A stretch of 64,000 nucleotides of DNA from Gammaproteobacteria bacterium (GTDB lineage: Bacteria > Pseudomonadota > Gammaproteobacteria > UBA4575): positions 960,001 through 1,024,000 of the forward strand of contig CBDEUS010000002.1 of NCBI GenBank assembly GCA_965243395.1, read 5' to 3'. A model generated the notes under the pieces. It was given only the letters and a program-made list of their open reading frames with translations, searched no databases and had not been told where the DNA came from. This document shows, in pieces, positions 20,378 to 29,594 of this stretch. The stretch's first letter is position 1. Every line of letters starts with the position of its first letter. The position numbers and the translations under genes are program-made.

Positions 20378-21460
20378 TTATAATTTAATTTTCAGTAATT
20401 TGTTCCAAATTTCTACTTGTTTATTTACGCACCATGCTTTTTGGTAATTTTCGCGAGTTTCAATACAACCATTTCTAAGTTTTTTATAAAGTGCTTTATC
20501 ATTTAATAATTGATCAATAGCAGTAACTAAAGCTTCTAGATTATTGGGAGGAATCAATACAGCATTATAATTATTTTTGAAAATACCCGGTATATCGCAA
20601 ATATTACTCAGCAGTGGAGGAATTGCGCAATGCATAGCTTCAATTGCAGCAGCAGGTATTGCTTCTATCTTTGATACGAGAACAAATATGTGTGATTCAT
20701 GTAAGTATTTAGCAATATTATTTTTGTAACCTAAAAACTCAATATTATACTCAAGTTTTAAACTGTTTCTTAGTCTTAGTAATTTAGAAATTTCTTCGCC
20801 CTCTCCAACTATTGCCAGTTTAATATTTGGGTTTTTTTGTTTAACAATATTTATGGCTCGAATTAATAAGTCTACATTTTTTCGTTTAATTAGATCGCCT
20901 ATGAAAATTAAATCCCAATTATATGAGTTTATATTTTTAGATATCGTAAATAGGTTAGGATCGTGATAATTATTTAATCTTATTAATTTTTCATCAGTAA
21001 CATTTTGTTCCTTTAATATATCTTTTGATTTTGGACCCATATAAGCAAGCATGTCTGCATTTTTTATACAATATTTTATGAATGGTGAATATATCGAGGA
21101 TTCTAGATGTATATGTATATCATCACCAATTGGGCATGCAATACAATGTGTTTTCATTAGTTTTCCTGAGGCAACTGCCACAATGCCATGTGCAACTAGT
21201 TGTATACCTATTATTGCTTTAATGTTATGAGATTTACATAGTTTAATTATTATAAAAAAGCGCCAAATTTCATAAAACAAAGTAATATTCTTAATGAAAT
21301 CAGGGGGCGTGACATTTATAATTTTTTTCGTTTTTTCTAATGGATTTTTTCGTATTAAAAAAATTGATTCTATGTGTCTATTTTGAGTGAGCCCTATAAT
21401 CTTAGTCTTTAGTTTATAGTCGCTTAGTCCGGCAGTAACAATTACAGTATTATTATTCAC
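20378..21460 (-). CDS. Glycosyltransferase family 4
   Basis: FIGDLIKRKN and an ExxxxxxxEAM motif (EAIPAAAIEAM) of GT4 enzymes. Confidence 0.85.
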   Translation of the reverse strand: MNNNTVIVTAGLSDYKLKTKIIGLTQNRHIESIFLIRKNPLEKTKKIINVTPPDFIKNITLFYEIWRFFIIIKLCKSHNIKAIIGIQLVAHGIVAVASGKLMKTHCIACPIGDDIHIHLESSIYSPFIKYCIKNADMLAYMGPKSKDILKEQNVTDEKLIRLNNYHDPNLFTISKNINSYNWDLIFIGDLIKRKNVDLLIRAINIVKQKNPNIKLAIVGEGEEISKLLRLRNSLKLEYNIEFLGYKNNIAKYLHESHIFVLVSKIEAIPAAAIEAMHCAIPPLLSNICDIPGIFKNNYNAVLIPPNNLEALVTAIDQLLNDKALYKKLRNGCIETRENYQKAWCVNKQVEIWNKLLKIKL

Positions 21461-21656
21461 GCAAAGAATTACTGGATATAAAGAATATTTACAGTAGATT
21501 AATTATACGTTAAGTATAAATAGTAGTTTAATATAAAACCAAACTATATTAAGCAAAGCATCTTAACATAATGTTTTCATCTAAAAAGATTTTTATAAAT
21601 TGGGTATACCTTAGTTTAAAGCTTAAATAGTTTTAGCTATAACACGTAATACCTAC

Positions 21657-23507
21657 TTAATTGAATCTTTTGAATTCGGCTACAAAGATATGTGATAATA
21701 GCATCTGATATATCATAAAATAGTGCCATCTTAGAGACTTAGTTGCTTTTTGTTTTAAGATTGTGTGTACAAATTCAGGATTGAACAATCCATAGTAATT
21801 TATTCGCTCATCTGTTAACCATTCTTCAATTAAGTATTTTAAGTTAGTCTTTACAAAAACCGGCGCATTAACTTGAAAACCACTTTTTTTTCTATTTAGC
21901 ACCTGGTTTGGCAAAACCCCCTTTAACATATTCTTCATATAACCTTTCGGCTTCCCATTTGGCATTAATACTTTTCGATCAAATGAATTAACGGTATTTG
22001 AAAATTTGATATCTAAAAATGGGACTCTTACTTCCAATCCCTCTGCCATGCTTAATCTATCTTCTTGCCATAGAAGGTCATTGACCATTTTATTTTTCCA
22101 TTCGAATTCTGCCATTGATTTAATAGGATCGTTATGATTTGGCCACATACTCTCTAGAGTTGTAAAGGCATTAGGTAATTGTGAATCAAGTAACCGTGGC
22201 CCATAAACTTGTGCACGCATGCTTGGGGAATCCCAAATGTTGCGAAGTAACCCATAAACCCTTGGCCAATTTCTTGATGCAGCAAGCATTTGCAATGCTC
22301 GTTGTGGTTCAGTCCATTGAATATTTAAAGTATTCTGTGCCATTAAATTACCAATCTTAGCAACTGCAGAAGATAAATAGGATGGCATATAGCGATTGAC
22401 TTGATGCGTTCGATTGAATATTCGATGAGCGTTATAACCGAAAAATATTTCATCTGCTCCCAGTCCAGAAAGAACAACTTTTACATATTTAGAGGCGTGT
22501 TTTGCTAACGCGCTGGCTTGGTAAGCATTTATTTTAGGTACTTCAAGATGCCTTATAAGATGATTTAGGTTGTCTATCTTAGAGGGAATCGTTTGGTAAA
22601 TGTTTTCTATATCGAGTAATTCTGCTGTTTTTGCTGCATTTTCTGCCTCATTTAGATCATCTCCTACGTCTACTGTAAAGCTTCGTAATTTTCTGCCTGT
22701 ATTTTTTGCTAATTTGCATATAGTCGCTGAGTCAATCCCACCTGATAAATAGCAGCCAACTTCAACATCAGAGGTACAATGTATATCGACTGCCTCAGAA
22801 AGTAGCTCCAATAAATTTTCATTTTTATTAATATAGTCAGCTTTAAGTTTATATGTTGTTTTTTTTCCAGCTGTATCCCAAATAAGTACATCTCCAGGTG
22901 CGACTTGATTGATGTTTTTAAACATCGAAATTTCACCTGGTAAATAACGAAAGTTTAATAATAAATGCATGGATGAAGGATCAATTTCAACTGTGGGGTC
23001 ATAAGCTAATATAGCTTTTGCTTCTGATCCAAAAACTAGACTGTTATCGGGCATTGATTTAATAAATAGTGGTTTGATGCCTATTGGATCTCGTACAAGT
23101 AAACCTATATTTCTTTTCTTATCCCAAATTGAAAATGCAAACATACCGCGCAAACTATTAAAACCTTCCCAACCATACTGTTGGTATAAATGTAATATGA
23201 CTTCAGTGTCAGACTTGGTCTTAAATACACAACCTCTGGCGGTAAGTTTGTTTCTCAAATTACGATAGTTATATATTTCCCCATTGAATGTTATTACACA
23301 TTGATTATCATGAGATGTCATAGGTTGTTTGCCACCCTCGATATCAATAATAGCGAGACGTGTATGTGCCAAACCAACATGTTTAGAGGTATAGATATCA
23401 CTGCCATCAGGGCCACGGTGTGCTAATGCAGAAACCATGTTTTGTAGGATTTTGACAGATGTGTCTATTGTTGGGATTGGGCTAAACCAACCGGCTATTC
23501 CACACAT
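21657..23507 (-). CDS. asnB: Asparagine synthase-like glutamine amidotransferase (glycan-cluster type)
   Basis: MCGIAG, HRGPD, FNGEIYN, LSGGIDS, SGLGADE, EVRVPFLD. Confidence 0.93.
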   Translation of the reverse strand: MCGIAGWFSPIPTIDTSVKILQNMVSALAHRGPDGSDIYTSKHVGLAHTRLAIIDIEGGKQPMTSHDNQCVITFNGEIYNYRNLRNKLTARGCVFKTKSDTEVILHLYQQYGWEGFNSLRGMFAFSIWDKKRNIGLLVRDPIGIKPLFIKSMPDNSLVFGSEAKAILAYDPTVEIDPSSMHLLLNFRYLPGEISMFKNINQVAPGDVLIWDTAGKKTTYKLKADYINKNENLLELLSEAVDIHCTSDVEVGCYLSGGIDSATICKLAKNTGRKLRSFTVDVGDDLNEAENAAKTAELLDIENIYQTIPSKIDNLNHLIRHLEVPKINAYQASALAKHASKYVKVVLSGLGADEIFFGYNAHRIFNRTHQVNRYMPSYLSSAVAKIGNLMAQNTLNIQWTEPQRALQMLAASRNWPRVYGLLRNIWDSPSMRAQVYGPRLLDSQLPNAFTTLESMWPNHNDPIKSMAEFEWKNKMVNDLLWQEDRLSMAEGLEVRVPFLDIKFSNTVNSFDRKVLMPNGKPKGYMKNMLKGVLPNQVLNRKKSGFQVNAPVFVKTNLKYLIEEWLTDERINYYGLFNPEFVHTILKQKATKSLRWHYFMIYQMLLSHIFVAEFKRFN

Positions 23508-23508
23508 A

Positions 23509-24585
23509 CTATGATGAGTTTCCTGCTAATTGAGCTTGATATTTATGTAATGCTTCTGGGAATTGTTCAATACATTCAGCAGCAAACATTGAAACATCAA
23601 TAGTATCGTTCAGAAGTTTTTCCTTAGCGTTTTTCCAATTATGCGGAGGTTTTTTCAATAAGGATTGAATGCAAGACTTAAGGGTATTCAAATTAAGTAA
23701 TTTGATATTTCTGACTAATCCATATTTTATTTCTAGTTCGTCTGTGTAGCCACGTCCTGTGTTTGCAGCATAAATAGCTGGAGTGCCCAGCACAGCAGAT
23801 TCCGAAGCCATTGTTGCGCTTTCGCCAATAAACATGCGGCAGAAAGCTAATACATGGTGTATTTGACTAATTTTTCCATGATAACGCAATGACTCATATT
23901 TTTGTGGCAAGCCCCCTTCTGCAGAAATGATAACTTTGCCTTTTGTTTCAAGAAAACTTACTAATGAAGATAGCAGCTCAGTAGTCCAGCCTTGTTCACC
24001 TAAGTCGTGGTTTGCTTGCCAAGAGACAAGTCGTAATAGAAACGTAGGTTCACTGGAAGATAAGCCATTCTTAATAGCTATACTTTTATTTGCAGTGAAG
24101 TATTGTGGGTGTAGATAAGATAGTTCGTGATAGCCATTATAACGAATATGTTTTCTTTTAGGTGTCCAGGCACTATAACACGAGGGCACAATTACACATG
24201 ATGCAAATGGATAAGTTATAGCGTTTTGTAAAGTTGCATTTTCTGTATCATAAAATATTAGCGATTTTGTGCTAGTTATAATACCAATATGTGAAATAAA
24301 TGTGCCGCCAATTGCTGCCATTATATCAGGATTAAATTTTTTTACGATTTTAAATAATTCTGCATCTCTTTTAACAAGTTCAGTTGCTAAACCAATTAAA
24401 CTTTTACGATTGTTTAATGAAGATATTGGTTTATGCTGAAAATTGAGTTCATCTAATAATTCTAGAGCGACCTCTTTGTCTCTACTAGTAATTAATACTT
24501 CATGTCCTCGATCAATTAGAATATTTAGAGGATTTTTAAAAAAATGCGCATGTGCGGGGTGTGTAATATCAATAAGTATGCGCAT
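23509..24585 (-). CDS. DUF354-family protein (putative GT-B fold)
   Basis: DITHPAHAHFF, YDTE, GYHELSYLHP, IGESATMASESAVLGTP. Confidence 0.8.
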   Translation of the reverse strand: MRILIDITHPAHAHFFKNPLNILIDRGHEVLITSRDKEVALELLDELNFQHKPISSLNNRKSLIGLATELVKRDAELFKIVKKFNPDIMAAIGGTFISHIGIITSTKSLIFYDTENATLQNAITYPFASCVIVPSCYSAWTPKRKHIRYNGYHELSYLHPQYFTANKSIAIKNGLSSSEPTFLLRLVSWQANHDLGEQGWTTELLSSLVSFLETKGKVIISAEGGLPQKYESLRYHGKISQIHHVLAFCRMFIGESATMASESAVLGTPAIYAANTGRGYTDELEIKYGLVRNIKLLNLNTLKSCIQSLLKKPPHNWKNAKEKLLNDTIDVSMFAAECIEQFPEALHKYQAQLAGNSS

Positions 24586-24593
24586 GCCTATTG

Positions 24594-25457
24594 TTACTTA
24601 AGATGTGTATCTTTAAATATTAAAGTAGTAATTTGTTCAGAAATTAGACCAATTAATATAATTAGCAAAGAAGAAATAAAGAGCAGTGCGCTCATATTCG
24701 TAAAACGGCTAAGTGTAATGAAAGTGTATAAGTAATGTGCGGCACCGGCTAAAAATAAAAAGAAACTAATGGGAAAAAATATTTTTAAAGGAGAGTAAAG
24801 TGTGCCTACTTTGAAAATAATAATTAAAAAACGTAGGCCATCACGGCCTAGTTTTAAATGACTTTTTCCTTTACGTTTGCTGGCAATAATTGGAATATAT
24901 TTGATTGAATATCCGGCACGAAAAAATGCCATAGTTATTGTAGTCGGATAAGAAAATCCATTTGGGAGTATATGCAAAAATTCTTTGAACTTTTCTGCAT
25001 GTACAGCTCTAAGACCAGAGGTCAAATCATCAACTTTATGTCCGACAATTAAGCTAGCAATTATGTTATATAGTTTATTGCCGATCCAACGCCTCTTTCC
25101 TGCTTGGGAACTGGATGATCGTGCACCAACTGCCATATCTGTACCTTGTTCTATGGCTAGAAGTAATTTTTTAATGTCATCAGGGTTATGTTGCCCGTCG
25201 GCATCCATGTATACAAAGATATCCCCGTGTGCAGTTCGAGCACCGGTTTTAACCGCTGCACCATTACCAATGTTGTACGGGTGAGAGACGATTTTTACAT
25301 TAAATTCATTTGCAAGATTTGCGGTATCATCTGTCGAGCCATCGTCAACTACTATAATTTCAGCTTCGGAATATAATTTATTCAATTTGGGCAACAGATC
25401 GGTCAATCCACTAGCCTCATTTTTAGCAGGAATTATGATGCTAATTGATTTACTCAA
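24594..25457 (-). CDS. Glycosyltransferase family 2, polyprenol-phosphate glycosyltransferase-like
   Basis: IIPAKNE, VDDGSTD, MDADGQH, DLTSGLRA, two C-terminal TM helices. Confidence 0.88.
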   Translation of the reverse strand: MSKSISIIIPAKNEASGLTDLLPKLNKLYSEAEIIVVDDGSTDDTANLANEFNVKIVSHPYNIGNGAAVKTGARTAHGDIFVYMDADGQHNPDDIKKLLLAIEQGTDMAVGARSSSSQAGKRRWIGNKLYNIIASLIVGHKVDDLTSGLRAVHAEKFKEFLHILPNGFSYPTTITMAFFRAGYSIKYIPIIASKRKGKSHLKLGRDGLRFLIIIFKVGTLYSPLKIFFPISFFLFLAGAAHYLYTFITLSRFTNMSALLFISSLLIILIGLISEQITTLIFKDTHLK

Positions 25458-27400
25458 TTTGAAATCTCGCTGGAATATGAATCTTTGTGGGTGTCTATAA
25501 ATTCAAATGCTTCTTTAATAGTCTTGCTATATGTGCCATATTTGTCAATCTTTTTTAAGTCTTCAATTAAGCTTAGTGCACTTTGATAGTCACCATTGAT
25601 TAACAAAAGTTTAGATAATTCTATTTTATACGCCATGTTGATCGAGGTTTCTGATACGGCTTCTTTTAGAAGTTTAATTGCTGTATCAATATCCCGAACA
25701 ACTGTACCAAAATAACCTGATAAATTTGCTAGTACTTGGGCTCTGTGTTTTCCTTTTAGACTAGGATTTAATAGCGCAGCATACATAATTTGTAAATAAT
25801 CTACACTTGTAATATTACATTTTCCTTTTATTACGTATTCAGTAAGAAATGTTATTGCATTTAGTGGTTCTGGACCAAGTGTGCTCAATTGCATTTTCTG
25901 CTTAATTTGCTCAATATCTTGATTAGGGATTTGATTTAAGTGTTCACAGGTAAATATCGATCTTGCAAGTAGCGGAGTAATGTTGTTTGGCTTTGAATCT
26001 TCGGCATTTTGGAAGTAACTGATACCTTCTCTATATAATTCATCTTTAATTTCAGTTTCGTTGGTGCGTGCATATATTGATTGATACACGGATCCCATAA
26101 TTAAGTTTGCTCGATAAGAATTAGGGTGTCGTGTCACATCATAGAGTGCGAGTGTATACTCATTTTTCCACTCGGATGAGCGTATGAAGGTAACTGTAGA
26201 AAGTGCAATGATCCAGAGAAAAAATAACACATAAGCATATTTCAGCTTGTTACCCCTGCTAAAAAATATGTGTAACGCTACAATAGTTGTAAAAATAATG
26301 CCAAATGAAGGTAGATAATTTCTATGCTCGAATCTAAGTTCTAGCGGGAATATGGTTGATTCTAATGAATGTCCAATTAAAAACCATATTATGCCAAACC
26401 CAATATACGGGTATTTTTTATATGAGAGAATAGAAATGATGATTAAAACTAATAATAAAATTATCGAAAAAAGTGTAGTAGAAGGTTGAAGTATAGACTT
26501 TGATATTTCGATATTATCTTTGAGTAAACCAAGCTCGAATATATTTGGGGAAATGATTGTTCTTAGATATTCTACAACAACCCTTGTTTCTGTAAGAAGC
26601 CTTTCCCAGAGTGTAAATTCTCGTAAACTGTACTTGAGTATTTTTTCGGGTTGCACGATTAAATTACTCAGCAGTATCAAAGCAGGCGCTGCTATTACTA
26701 AGAAATAAAGTGCATACAATATTCTTCTATCTTTTTTCGAATGACATTCAAATTTATATACAAATATTTCTATACATAGTAAAAATAGCGGGATAAGTAC
26801 ACCAATTTCTTTGCTTAGGATAGATAGTATTGCGAGAACTGCTGTAGGAAGAAAGTAATGCCACCTGCATTTTGAGGACAGCATTTTTGTTCTTACTGCG
26901 CAGTAAGCGAGAATTGAAAATATTGAAAACAAGGTCGCTAGACTCGTCATTCTTTGCACTATGTAAAGAACGCTTGTCAACTGGATAGGGTGAACTAGCC
27001 ATATAGCTCCAATAGTCAGACTGATAAGATTTACTTTTGTAGTATCAGTTTTATCAAACCAGGTTTGAGTTAATTGTTTTGATAGTAATGTAATCCCAAT
27101 TCCACATAATAGATGAATCAAAAGGTTAGTGATTTTCATTGGCCCAGGATTTAGGCCGGTAAAATATGTATTTAGGGAAAAAGATAGTATTGAAAGCGGG
27201 CGTTTCAAATTGCCTGTGATACCGCTCCAAGTGGCTTCCCATATAGCTGCAAAATGGAGTGAATCTAAGTGTAATCCAATATTATTTACAATATTTGGAT
27301 AGTCATCGAAATGGAAACTTCCTGGAAGGCCTGGCATATAAATGGCAACAGTGAGGCCGCATGCAAGGAAGATATAAAAACTAATTGTTCGATTTGTCAA
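25454..27400 (-). CDS. GT-C membrane glycosyltransferase with TPR-like tail (TMTC/TfpW-like), candidate pilin glycosyltransferase
   Basis: FHFDDYPNI acidic loop after TM1, RPL, HPIQ..V.YIVQR, SKE, EHRNYLP; directly downstream of pilA. Confidence 0.75.
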   Translation of the reverse strand: MTNRTISFYIFLACGLTVAIYMPGLPGSFHFDDYPNIVNNIGLHLDSLHFAAIWEATWSGITGNLKRPLSILSFSLNTYFTGLNPGPMKITNLLIHLLCGIGITLLSKQLTQTWFDKTDTTKVNLISLTIGAIWLVHPIQLTSVLYIVQRMTSLATLFSIFSILAYCAVRTKMLSSKCRWHYFLPTAVLAILSILSKEIGVLIPLFLLCIEIFVYKFECHSKKDRRILYALYFLVIAAPALILLSNLIVQPEKILKYSLREFTLWERLLTETRVVVEYLRTIISPNIFELGLLKDNIEISKSILQPSTTLFSIILLLVLIIISILSYKKYPYIGFGIIWFLIGHSLESTIFPLELRFEHRNYLPSFGIIFTTIVALHIFFSRGNKLKYAYVLFFLWIIALSTVTFIRSSEWKNEYTLALYDVTRHPNSYRANLIMGSVYQSIYARTNETEIKDELYREGISYFQNAEDSKPNNITPLLARSIFTCEHLNQIPNQDIEQIKQKMQLSTLGPEPLNAITFLTEYVIKGKCNITSVDYLQIMYAALLNPSLKGKHRAQVLANLSGYFGTVVRDIDTAIKLLKEAVSETSINMAYKIELSKLLLINGDYQSALSLIEDLKKIDKYGTYSKTIKEAFEFIDTHKDSYSSEISN

Positions 27401-27410
27401 TGTTTTGAGT

Positions 27411-27444
27411 AAAAAAAAACGCCCTGCAAATGCAGAGCGTTTTT
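27411..27444 (-). terminator. Intrinsic terminator downstream of pilA
   Basis: Minus strand AAAAACGCTCTGCA-TT-TGCAGGGCG followed by a T9 run. Confidence 0.8.
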
Positions 27445-27470
27445 AAGTATTTTAAATTTAAAAATCTAAA

Positions 27471-27920
27471 TTACTGTCTGCAATCTGCTGGTAGATACTT
27501 GTTAGGAATTGCAGTACCACCTGTTGCAGGACGACAGTCCCAGTCAACATTTGCAGCGTTACCAGTACCTAGTAGCTCTAAAACATTACCTGCGTTTGCA
27601 GTGCCACCAAGATCGGTAATAGAGGCTCTAACTGTCGCAGTTGTTGCAGTAGTTCCTGCTAGAGTTACAGACTGTACATACTTCGAGTTAATATTCGTTT
27701 CGAAGCCTGCTTGAACAGCGCTAGCTGGCATTGCATTTTGAGATTGAAAGAACTCAGAAATAGCAACTTTTGCTGGTGAAGTAGCAAGTAATGCTTCAGA
27801 AACTTTTGAGCGGATTGTGTAGTCCTGATAAGCAGGAATCGCAATCGCTGCAAGAATACCGATAATCGCAACCACGATCATCAATTCAATTAAGGTAAAA
27901 CCTTTTTGCATTTTTTTCAT
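27471..27920 (-). CDS. pilA: Type IVa major pilin
   Basis: [30 protein letters not shown] class III signal; C-terminal disulfide loop C...C; adjacent to pilRS. Confidence 0.97.
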   Translation of the reverse strand: MKKMQKGFTLIELMIVVAIIGILAAIAIPAYQDYTIRSKVSEALLATSPAKVAISEFFQSQNAMPASAVQAGFETNINSKYVQSVTLAGTTATTATVRASITDLGGTANAGNVLELLGTGNAANVDWDCRPATGGTAIPNKYLPADCRQ

Positions 27921-28068
27921 GGGGAATCTCCTATCCTCATATAAATTAAAATTTAAGTTGTACGTTAAAAATTCCAGCCGTCCTTGCTAGAAGTCTTTAA
28001 CGACTCCAACTCCGGAAATAACTGGTGATTGGCCATGTCTATGACTAGGGCAACCTTGCTAAAATATA

Positions 28069-28084
28069 TACAGATATCGTGCCA
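28069..28084 (-). promoter_or_regulatory. Candidate sigma-54 promoter of pilA
   Basis: Minus strand TGGCAC-GATAT-CTGTA: perfect -24, imperfect -12; the PilR bEBP is encoded next door. Confidence 0.55.
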
Positions 28085-28202
28085 AATTTAATCTGGCGGG
28101 ATAACTCTAATGAAAACAGTATGTTCGATTTGGTGTTTAGAATCATGAGTCAGAAGACAAGTGGTAGATTCTGACGATTGGCTGGACTTCAGTGTTCAAG
28201 AG

Positions 28203-28217
28203 TGACAATTATTGTCA
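28203..28217. promoter_or_regulatory. Palindrome, candidate PilR enhancer site
   Basis: TGACA-ATTAT-TGTCA about 120 bp upstream of the candidate sigma-54 promoter. Confidence 0.4.
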
Positions 28218-28232
28218 GTTTAGTGATAAATA

Positions 28233-29594
28233 TCATTCTAATTCAAGCTTTTGCAGCCGGTATCGCAGCTGTCTAAAGGTGATTCCCAATAGTTTAGCAG
28301 CAGCTGTTTTATTCCAGCGAGTTTTTTCTAAGGCAGCAATAATGGCTTTGCGTTCTTTCTGAATAAGATAATCTTCAAGCTGGTCTACAGAGAGAGAGAT
28401 AGAGGATTCGTCAGGGTTGACCGTATCAGTTTTTGTAGCCGGTTCATTATTGGGTAAATCAAGATCATTGGCATCAATTTCAGATCCGTCGCACAATGTA
28501 GCTGCACGTTCTAAAATATTTTCGAGTTCACGAATATTACCTGGAAAAGTATAGGCCTGAAGCTTCTCAATAGCTTCTTCTGACAAGTTGTATGAATTTC
28601 CATTGCTTGCAGAAATTCTGTTTAGCATAAAGTTGGCAAGAATTGGTAAATCTGTGATTCGTTCTCGAAGCGGAGGTATATTCAATTCGATTACATTGAT
28701 TCGATAATATAAATCTTGTCGAAAACTACCTGATTCTACTTCAGCGGCAAGATCTTTATGAGTTGCGCTCAGAAGGCGAATATCCACAGGTATTTCTTTT
28801 TGACTGCCAACAGGCTTGATCGCCTTTTCCTGAATTGCACGTAATAATTTAACCTGCATATGAATTGGAAGTTCTGCAATTTCATCTAAAAATAAAGTAC
28901 CACCATTTGCAGCTTGAAAAAGACCTTCTTTATCGTTTACAGCACCAGTAAAACTTCCTTTCACATGACCAAAGAATTCGCTTTCCATAAGCTCAGTAGG
29001 AATTGCGCCACAGTTTACAGGTACGAAACTTGCGCTTGCTCGTGGTCCTTGCTGATGTATTTGTGTGGCAACCAACTCTTTCCCTACACCAGATTCACCA
29101 CGTAGATAAACGGGTGCTTGACTACGAGCTAACTTATCTATCTTTTGTCGCAACTCAAGCATCGCATCCGATTCACCTAGTAACTTTTGTGATTGTTTAC
29201 TTGCGCCATCACTTGTAACTTCAATTGGCGTGCTTGAAACTTTTAGCGCAGTATCAACCAACCCACGTAACATGTTTAAGTCAATAGGTTTGGAAACAAA
29301 GTCAAAAGCGCCTGCTTTCAGAGCTTTTATGGCAGTTTCCATACTGCCAAATGCAGTGATTACAGCTACTGGGATATGTGGAAATCGAGCTTGAATATGT
29401 TCAACTAATTCAATGCCTGTGCCGTCAGGAAGTTTCATGTCAGTGAGACATAAATCAAAAGGTTGATTATCAAGAAGTGATTTAGCTTCACGCACATTAG
29501 CAGCTGCATGTGAATCTAAATTCATGCGGCTTAGCGTTATTTCCAGTAACTCTCTTATATCAGGTTCGTCATCTACGACTAATATATTTTTCAA
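28233..29594 (-). CDS. pilR: Sigma-54-dependent response regulator PilR
   Basis: Receiver VVDDEPDIRELL, GESGVGKE, GSFTGA, Fis-type HTH; next to pilA and pilS. Confidence 0.95.
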   Translation of the reverse strand: MKNILVVDDEPDIRELLEITLSRMNLDSHAAANVREAKSLLDNQPFDLCLTDMKLPDGTGIELVEHIQARFPHIPVAVITAFGSMETAIKALKAGAFDFVSKPIDLNMLRGLVDTALKVSSTPIEVTSDGASKQSQKLLGESDAMLELRQKIDKLARSQAPVYLRGESGVGKELVATQIHQQGPRASASFVPVNCGAIPTELMESEFFGHVKGSFTGAVNDKEGLFQAANGGTLFLDEIAELPIHMQVKLLRAIQEKAIKPVGSQKEIPVDIRLLSATHKDLAAEVESGSFRQDLYYRINVIELNIPPLRERITDLPILANFMLNRISASNGNSYNLSEEAIEKLQAYTFPGNIRELENILERAATLCDGSEIDANDLDLPNNEPATKTDTVNPDESSISLSVDQLEDYLIQKERKAIIAALEKTRWNKTAAAKLLGITFRQLRYRLQKLELE

